A stretch of 64,000 nt of DNA from assembly GCA_964524325.1 (NCBI GenBank), contig CAZGCT010000001.1:97482-161481 (forward strand), given 5' to 3'. Made by a program: the position numbers and the translations under genes. The notes beneath the pieces were generated by a model, which did no database searches, was not told where the DNA came from, and saw only the letters and a program-made list of their open reading frames with translations. Each line of letters begins with the position of its first letter. The stretch's first letter is position 1. This DNA is from an uncultured Hyphomicrobiales bacterium (GTDB lineage Bacteria > Bacteroidota > Ignavibacteria > Kapaibacteriales > UBA2268). This document shows, piece after piece, positions 57,698-64,000 of the stretch.

Positions 57698-60600
57698 TAT
57701 TCAAAACATTCTGAAAAATATTCAAGATGAAAATCTTTTCGATGCGTACGACGCCCTAAGATATTTACAAAAAAAGTACACCGAGGACGACATTCTTAAA
57801 ATTTTCAATTTAATCTTTAATTTTCAGTATGCTAAGCAAAAAGTTCCAAATTTGAAACTTCTAAACCTCGGTTGTGGATACAATTACCATCCCGATTGGA
57901 CAAACGTTGATTTTATCCAAACAGGAGAAAATGTAATTCAATTCGATTTGACCAAAGGAATACCTTTCGAGGATAATTTATTTGATGTTGTTTACCATTC
58001 CCATCTCTTAGAACATTTTCCTAAAAGGTTTGCTCCTGTTTTTATCAAAGAATGCTATAGAGTTTTAAAACCAGGAGGGGTTATTAGGGTAGTTGTTCCT
58101 GACCTTGAACAAATAGCAAAATTATACCTCGAGAACCTTCAAATGGCTATAAAAGGAGATGAGTCGGCAAAAGTAAAATACGAATGGATTTTACTTGAAT
58201 TATTTGACCAAATGGTCCGAAATGTTTCCGGTGGAGAGATGTATGAATTCTGGCGACAGTATCCTTTGCCGTGCGAAGATTTCATATACCAACGTTTTGG
58301 ATTCGAAGCTAAAAAAGCAATAGAGGAAATTAGAAAATATGGAAATATTATCTCACCAAAAGACTATAAGTCAAGACAACCGGTATTTGAGACAAATCCT
58401 TTAACAATTGGCAGATTTCGACTTTCTGGAGAAGTGCATCAATGGATGTATGATAGATTTTCCCTTAAGGAATTACTAAGTCAGGCTGGTTTTGTGGAAA
58501 TCGAAGTTGTAAGTGCCCAAGTTTCTCGGATTCCTAATTTCGAAAAATATTTTCTTGATACAAACCCAGATGGAAGTATTCGTAAGCCAGATTCATTATT
58601 TATGGAAGCAGTTAAACCAAAAGACTTTGATGATAATACAAGTTTCTTTTTGAGTTCTAAAACAGAAAGTCCAAAAATTACTTCAACCTGCCTTCCCAAG
58701 GTAGTTCATCTTTCGGTCTGGGATAAGGGAGGCGCTGGACTTTCTGCTTTGAGACTTCATTTAGGATTGTTAAGATTTGGGGTGGATAGTAAATTTTTGA
58801 CTTTACATAAACATACTGATTCCCCTTCGGTATATCAAGTTGAAAAAAAGTCCTTTGCAAAAGACTGGGATTGGAATAGCTATATTTCAATATGGTATCA
58901 AAATTTAGATAAACAATATCCCAATCGTCTAACAGATTCTGAAATCTTTTCTTCAATTAAAGGTATTGCTGAGTTAAAAAATAATGAATTTATCAGAAAT
59001 GCGGATATTATTAATTTCCATTGGGTCTCTTCCCTTGTAGATTTCGAGGAAGATTTAGAAATTTTCAAAGGTAAAAAAATAGTTTGGACATTGCACGATG
59101 AGAATCCATTTACAGGGGGGTGCCATTACACATCTGGTTGCAATAATTTTGAAATTCAATGTAAATTATGTCCACAACTTAATTCTATTGTTGAAAAAGA
59201 CTTAAGTTTCGTTCAATTTTTTTTAAAATCAAATTTTATTGATAAAAACGATATTACAATAATCACACCCAGCAGATGGTTGCTTGAAAGAGTAAAAAAA
59301 AGTAAGCTTCTGAAAAATAAACCTGTGTTTAACATTCAATATGGTATCCCAACGGGCATCTTTCATGTCTATAATAAAGAAACATCAAGGAAGTTGTTAA
59401 ACCTACCTAGGGAAAGTTTTTTGATTTTGTTTGGTGCTGAGTATCAAAATAAAAGAAAAGGATTTCATTTTTTGAATGAAATATTAGCCAAATTGCCCGA
59501 AACAATAAATGGGCGAAAGGTTGAGCTTTTAGTTTTTGGTAACGTAGCATCCCCAATCAAACAAAGCAAAATACCAATTAATTATCTTGGTTTTATTGGT
59601 AATCAAACTGTGCTTGCGATGCTTTATTCAGCGGCCGATGCTTTTTTGATGCTTACTATGGAGGATAATTTGCCAAATACTGCCATTGAATCAATTTGTT
59701 GTGGTACTCCTGTTGTTGTTTTTGATGTTGGTGGTTTAAGTGATATTGTTGACCATAAAATAAATGGTTGGCTTGCAAAACCATTTTCTTTTGATGAAAT
59801 TGTTAAGGGAATAATATTTACGCATAATATTGATGATAATTCTAGGATATGTTTTTCTAAGGAAGCGCAGGTAAAATTTGGTGATTTAACCCAAGCTTCG
59901 AACTATACTGAGTTATATAAATCTCTTATGTCGAGTTCCAAATTTCAAATGATTGGAACCCGTGCTTTAAATGATAATTTTAATTTTGATAAAATATCAG
60001 ATGACAATCAAATAATTTTAGCTTTTAAGAATTATCTTCAAAATTTCTCTGGTTTAGATATTAACACCTTTAAAGAAATTATCTCCTTTCGTAGGTTGTC
60101 AATTTCCACATACGTGAGCCTTTTTATTAGTAGGATTTTTTTCACATTTAATTTTGGAATTTCGAATATCTGCCTCGTTACTTCATTTGAAAGTCCCTTG
60201 AAACTTAAAATTTCTGATTCATTTTTCATGATATTTATTAACTCTACCAAAACTAATTTTGTTGAAGAGAAAAATGGCCAAAACTCTTCAATTATTGAAT
60301 GTAGTTTCGATAAAGTTCATGAGGTAATTACTAATTTACATCCATATGCGGTCTTTTTCTATCTCAATTTCGATGAATTCCTTTTATATCAGAACAAGTC
60401 GGAAAATAATTTAAGCGTTTTACTTAACCTTTTTGCAGATTTTCTAGTTTTCATTTTTTTAAAAATAAATTTGAAAAGCATTGATATGCTTAAAAATATT
60501 TTGCTTTACAGTCACCTTTTTTCGAGCGAAGAAGTCGATAATGCATTTGACCAGTTGGAAAATGACGACGACGAGTTATTAGTTGAAACAGAAGATTCCG

Positions 60601-61610
60601 AAAAATTTACCCTAATTACTCTGAAGTATGCTCCAAAAAATGTTTACCTGAGAAGGTTTAAAAATATTAATATTATTAAGAATTATCAGTATGAACTACC
60701 TAAGATTTCAATTGTAACACCAAATTATAACCACGGAAAGTATCTAGAAGAAAGTATTAACAGCGTGATTAACCAGAACTATCCTAACCTCGAGTATGTT
60801 ATTATTGATGGAGGTAGTTCTGACAACAGTCTTGAAATAATAAAAAAATACCAAAATTATCTTAGTCATTGGGTTAGTGAAAATGACAATGGTAACTATG
60901 ATGCGATAAATAAAGGGTTTAGCTTTGTATCCGGAGATATTTTGGCTTGGATTAATGCAGACGATTTCTATCTACCCGGTGCCTTTTATTTTGTTGCGGA
61001 ATTTTTTAATACTTTTAGTAAATCCAGTTGGGTTACAACATCAAATATTACTACAGTAACTAACTCGGAAATTCAACCAAATTGGGGAAATAAAAAGTAC
61101 AATTTAGATAAAATTATTTCTGGAAACTTTGACAAACCTTTTATACAACAAGAGTCGACATTTTGGACTAAGGAAATTTGGTCGAAAACCGGTGGTTATC
61201 TTAACACTAACTATAAAATGGCAGCCGATCTTGAACTTTGGATTCGATTTTTCCAAGCAACAAATCTCTACGTTCTTGCATGTCCGTTGGCTATATTTCG
61301 TATTCATTTTAATTCGAAAACTGGAAAAGATTTTGAAAAATATATGTTGGAAGGTTATCGGCTTATTGAAGAAAAGAAATCTTCAGTTAAAATTGATAGA
61401 GAATCTAATCAAGTAGGTAATGGCATTAACATTTCTTTTTTTGATTTTTGTGAAAAGAGTGGGTTGAAGATAATTGGACCACAACTTGGGAAAATAATTA
61501 ATGATTACGAAAATCTTCCTTATTATCCTAGAAACACTTTCGACAAAAGGAAAGTAGATAATTGGGTACAATTATTAAAATCATTGCATGAAATTTGGAA
61601 TCAAAAATAG
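57687..61610 (+). CDS. Giant multidomain methyltransferase-glycosyltransferase: SAM-MTase, GT4 (GT-B), ~230-aa uncharacterised hydrophobic linker, GT2 (GT-A)
   Basis: 1307 aa. MTase motifs LLNLGCGYNY, VVYHSHLLEHF, LKPGGVIRVVVPD (aa ~55-140). GT4: VVHLSVWDKGGAGLSALRLHLGLLRFG and EDNLPNTAIESICCGTPVVVFDVGGLSDIVDHKINGWL (ExFG-type). GT2: ISIVTPNYNHGKYLEESINSVINQNYPNLEYVIIDGGSSDNS...INADD (DxD). Starts 11 nt before the preceding stop. Confidence 0.65.
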   Translation: MNHSIQNILKNIQDENLFDAYDALRYLQKKYTEDDILKIFNLIFNFQYAKQKVPNLKLLNLGCGYNYHPDWTNVDFIQTGENVIQFDLTKGIPFEDNLFDVVYHSHLLEHFPKRFAPVFIKECYRVLKPGGVIRVVVPDLEQIAKLYLENLQMAIKGDESAKVKYEWILLELFDQMVRNVSGGEMYEFWRQYPLPCEDFIYQRFGFEAKKAIEEIRKYGNIISPKDYKSRQPVFETNPLTIGRFRLSGEVHQWMYDRFSLKELLSQAGFVEIEVVSAQVSRIPNFEKYFLDTNPDGSIRKPDSLFMEAVKPKDFDDNTSFFLSSKTESPKITSTCLPKVVHLSVWDKGGAGLSALRLHLGLLRFGVDSKFLTLHKHTDSPSVYQVEKKSFAKDWDWNSYISIWYQNLDKQYPNRLTDSEIFSSIKGIAELKNNEFIRNADIINFHWVSSLVDFEEDLEIFKGKKIVWTLHDENPFTGGCHYTSGCNNFEIQCKLCPQLNSIVEKDLSFVQFFLKSNFIDKNDITIITPSRWLLERVKKSKLLKNKPVFNIQYGIPTGIFHVYNKETSRKLLNLPRESFLILFGAEYQNKRKGFHFLNEILAKLPETINGRKVELLVFGNVASPIKQSKIPINYLGFIGNQTVLAMLYSAADAFLMLTMEDNLPNTAIESICCGTPVVVFDVGGLSDIVDHKINGWLAKPFSFDEIVKGIIFTHNIDDNSRICFSKEAQVKFGDLTQASNYTELYKSLMSSSKFQMIGTRALNDNFNFDKISDDNQIILAFKNYLQNFSGLDINTFKEIISFRRLSISTYVSLFISRIFFTFNFGISNICLVTSFESPLKLKISDSFFMIFINSTKTNFVEEKNGQNSSIIECSFDKVHEVITNLHPYAVFFYLNFDEFLLYQNKSENNLSVLLNLFADFLVFIFLKINLKSIDMLKNILLYSHLFSSEEVDNAFDQLENDDDELLVETEDSEKFTLITLKYAPKNVYLRRFKNINIIKNYQYELPKISIVTPNYNHGKYLEESINSVINQNYPNLEYVIIDGGSSDNSLEIIKKYQNYLSHWVSENDNGNYDAINKGFSFVSGDILAWINADDFYLPGAFYFVAEFFNTFSKSSWVTTSNITTVTNSEIQPNWGNKKYNLDKIISGNFDKPFIQQESTFWTKEIWSKTGGYLNTNYKMAADLELWIRFFQATNLYVLACPLAIFRIHFNSKTGKDFEKYMLEGYRLIEEKKSSVKIDRESNQVGNGINISFFDFCEKSGLKIIGPQLGKIINDYENLPYYPRNTFDKRKVDNWVQLLKSLHEIWNQK

Positions 61611-61619
61611 CACGCAAAA

Positions 61620-64000
61620 TGAATGATATTTTGGTTTCTGCATTGGTTTCGACTTACAATTCAGAGATATTCATTAAAGGATGTTTGGAGGACCTTGTAA
61701 ATCAAACTTTGTTTTCCAAAAGCCAATTAGAAATCATTGTTATTGATGCTGGATCCCAACAAAATGAAAGGCAAATTGTTGAAGATTATATTGCAAAGTA
61801 TCCAAATATTGTTTATTTAAGAACTCAAGACAGAATTCCACTTTATGCTGCTTGGAATCATGGCTTGAAAGTTGCAAAAGGAAAGTATATTACAAATGCA
61901 AACACCGATGACCGACATCATCCCGAAGCTTTAGAAATTTTAGCCAGTGAACTGGAGGATTTTTCTGAAGTTGCTCTTGTTTACCCCAATCAAATTATTA
62001 CAAGCAGTGAAAACCAGACTTTTGACAATGTAAAAGCCGAAGGCTATACCATTTATCCCCATTTTGATAGGCAGCACTTACTTCACACCACTTTCATTGG
62101 GCACCAACCAATGTGGCGAAAAGCTTTGCACGATGAATTTGGATTCTTTCGAGAAGATTTAAAAATAGCAGGGGATTATGAGTGGTGGTTGCGGATTTCT
62201 GAAAAATATCTTTTCAAACATATTCCACTTCTGTTGGGCATCTATTATTACAATTCTCAAGGGCTTGAACGCGAAAATTCAGATCTTTGCAGAATTGAAA
62301 CTTCACATGTGCGGACATTTTACCAATTGAAATCAAACAAGCTTGGCCTACAAAATTACTATAAGACTGTTTACTATGTTAGTAATTACATTGATTATTC
62401 TTCTATTTCCATACCTAATCCTGTGGTATCATTTATATTTATAGATGCCGACTATTCAGAAAATACTATAACAACGATTAATACTATATTGAATCAGACA
62501 TTCAACAATTTCGAAATCAAACTTATTTCCGATTCTAAATCTGAAATGAAATTAACAAATTACTTTAGGTACGACAAAAGGGTCGAAGTTGCCTCTTTTG
62601 GCGGGCATCCAAATATTGTGGAAAAAGCTTTTTTTGGATTAGGAAAGTCGAAGGGTAAATATATTTGTTTCCTTACTAAGTTTAATAGATTGTTTCCTAG
62701 GTTTTTAGAATTTAATATACAGCCATTTTTCTCTAACAATCATTTAAAGATCGTTTTTTTCAATTTTTTCAATGTTTTTCAAGGAATCCAAGACAAGAGA
62801 AATTATGAATTTGGTCGCAAACTAGTTGCAGTAAATGAATATTTTAAAGAGACTCATTCAGAAAAATTTAAATCGGGGGTATTTCCATTTGTGGCTCGAA
62901 AGGAAATTTTGACAAAAGAATTATTAACAACACTTTTTTCAAAACCAAAGGAAGCAATAAGTAGTTTCCCAAATTTTTATGTTGAACAAGCTTTACTTGA
63001 ACATTACAATTTTATAGAGGATCCAAAAAGTTCGATAAGGAAAAGTAGCTTCATTTATAGTAGTAACTCACCAAAAGTATCTGTGATAATCCCTTGTTAT
63101 AATCAAGGTTCCTTTTTAAATGAAGCAATTGAAAGCGTTGTCTGGCAAACTTATCAAGATTGGGAATGTATTATTGTTAATGATGGAAGCACCGACAATA
63201 CTCGGGATGTAGCATTATCTTTAATCGAAAAATACCCAGATAAAAGAATTTACTACCTCGAGAAAGAGAATGAAGGGGTAGCAATTGCTAGAAATTTTGG
63301 TATTTCCAAATCTAAGGGTAAATATATTTTACCTTTAGACGCCGATGATTTAATCCATCCTCTTTTCATTGAGAAAACTTCAACAGTCCTGGAAAACAAC
63401 CCCACAATTCACATTGTTTATACAGATGTAAAGCATTTTGGTGATCAAGATCGTTTTGTTCCTTCGCAGGGTTGGAACTTGTCTAATGAGTTATTTTTCA
63501 ATTACATTGGGATAACTTCTCTTTTTCGTAAGGAACTTTGGGATAAAGTAAAAGGTTATAAATCGGGGATTGGATTTGAAGATTGGGAATTTTGGATTAA
63601 TGCAATTGAAAATGGTTTTGTAGGTTACCACCTCCCCGAGCCTTTGTTTTATTATAGAGTTAAGCAGAAGAGTCGTTATAGAAATGATCTTTTAGAGGAT
63701 TCTGTAAATAAAGCCAAAATTGTCTTGCTCCACCCAAGGCTTTTTTCACAACAACAAGTAAATTGGGCAAATTTTGTTGTTTCAGAGCAATCTTACAACT
63801 TCCCATATAAGAATATACCAAACTTTGTTCCTCAATTCATTATGAGAAATTATAAAAAAAGCCTTTCAAATTTTAGGATACTTGCTTTGGTTGCTACTTT
63901 CAATGATGCAGATATTATCGAAAGTGTATTGAAAGATTTAATATCGAATGGTATTGATGTATTCATTATAGATAACGATTCAAATGACGATACTTTGAAG
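61620..64000 (+). CDS. Multi-GT2 glycosyltransferase, at least 3-4 tandem GT-A domains, 5' part (runs off window end)
   Basis: Not in the ORF track because it is open-ended. Manual translation from ATG 61620: MNDILVSALVSTYNSEIFIKGCLEDLVNQT...IIVIDAGSQ...NADD (GT2 #1, aa ~5-110). VSFIFIDADYSENTITTINTILNQTFNNFEIKLISD (degenerate GT2 #2, aa ~275-310). VSVIIPCYNQGSFLNEAIESVVWQTYQDWECIIVNDGSTDNT...LDADD (GT2 #3, aa ~505-600). ILALVATFNDADIIESVLKDLISNGIDVFIIDNDSNDDT (GT2 #4 begins at aa ~750). No in-frame stop through 64000. Confidence 0.65.

Noticed and set aside
1-64000. CRISPR arrays, transposases, integrases, prophage or defence-system genes
   Set aside because: No regularly spaced direct repeats were seen. 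No recombinase, nuclease or helicase signatures were seen. tRNA loci lack flanking integrases.

Overview
AT-rich (~35% GC by eye) chromosomal window from a Gram-negative, flagellated, probably anaerobic or microaerophilic bacterium. The gene content (LpxC-FabZ fusion, LptF/G, NrfHA, four-subunit 2-oxoacid:ferredoxin oxidoreductase, NuoAB) is compatible with the FCB superphylum, Ignavibacteria/Bacteroidota-like; this is inference, not a database result. Genes are densely packed. From 1 to ~51.4 kb the window holds housekeeping genes: clpC (5' part), coaX, birA, argS, rsfS, rpiB, nuoAB, a tRNA-Val/tRNA-Leu pair, fmt, murQ with a sugar kinase, lptF/G, murE, a LOG-family gene, ftsI, korDABG-like OFOR, nrfHA, an orphan histidine kinase, a 1.1-kaa BNR/sortilin-repeat secreted protein, ahcY-metK, aspartokinase, an LRR protein and lpxA plus lpxC-fabZ. 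At 51.4 kb a sigma-28-type promoter (TAAAGTTT-N11-GTCGATAA) precedes a late flagellar cluster: fliC, fliS, fliD, flaG, a fliT-like gene and flgM. Directly downstream, from 55.6 kb to the window end, lie three very large, even more AT-rich fused methyltransferase/glycosyltransferase genes. The first is 687 aa (CgeB-like GT plus SAM-MTase). The second is 1307 aa (SAM-MTase, GT4, an unknown ~230-aa linker, GT2). The third is >793 aa with at least 3-4 tandem GT2 domains and runs off the window. I think this last block is the most interesting part: a candidate flagellin (or other surface-glycan) glycosylation and methylation island built from mega-enzymes. No CRISPR, transposase, integrase or obvious defence genes were seen.
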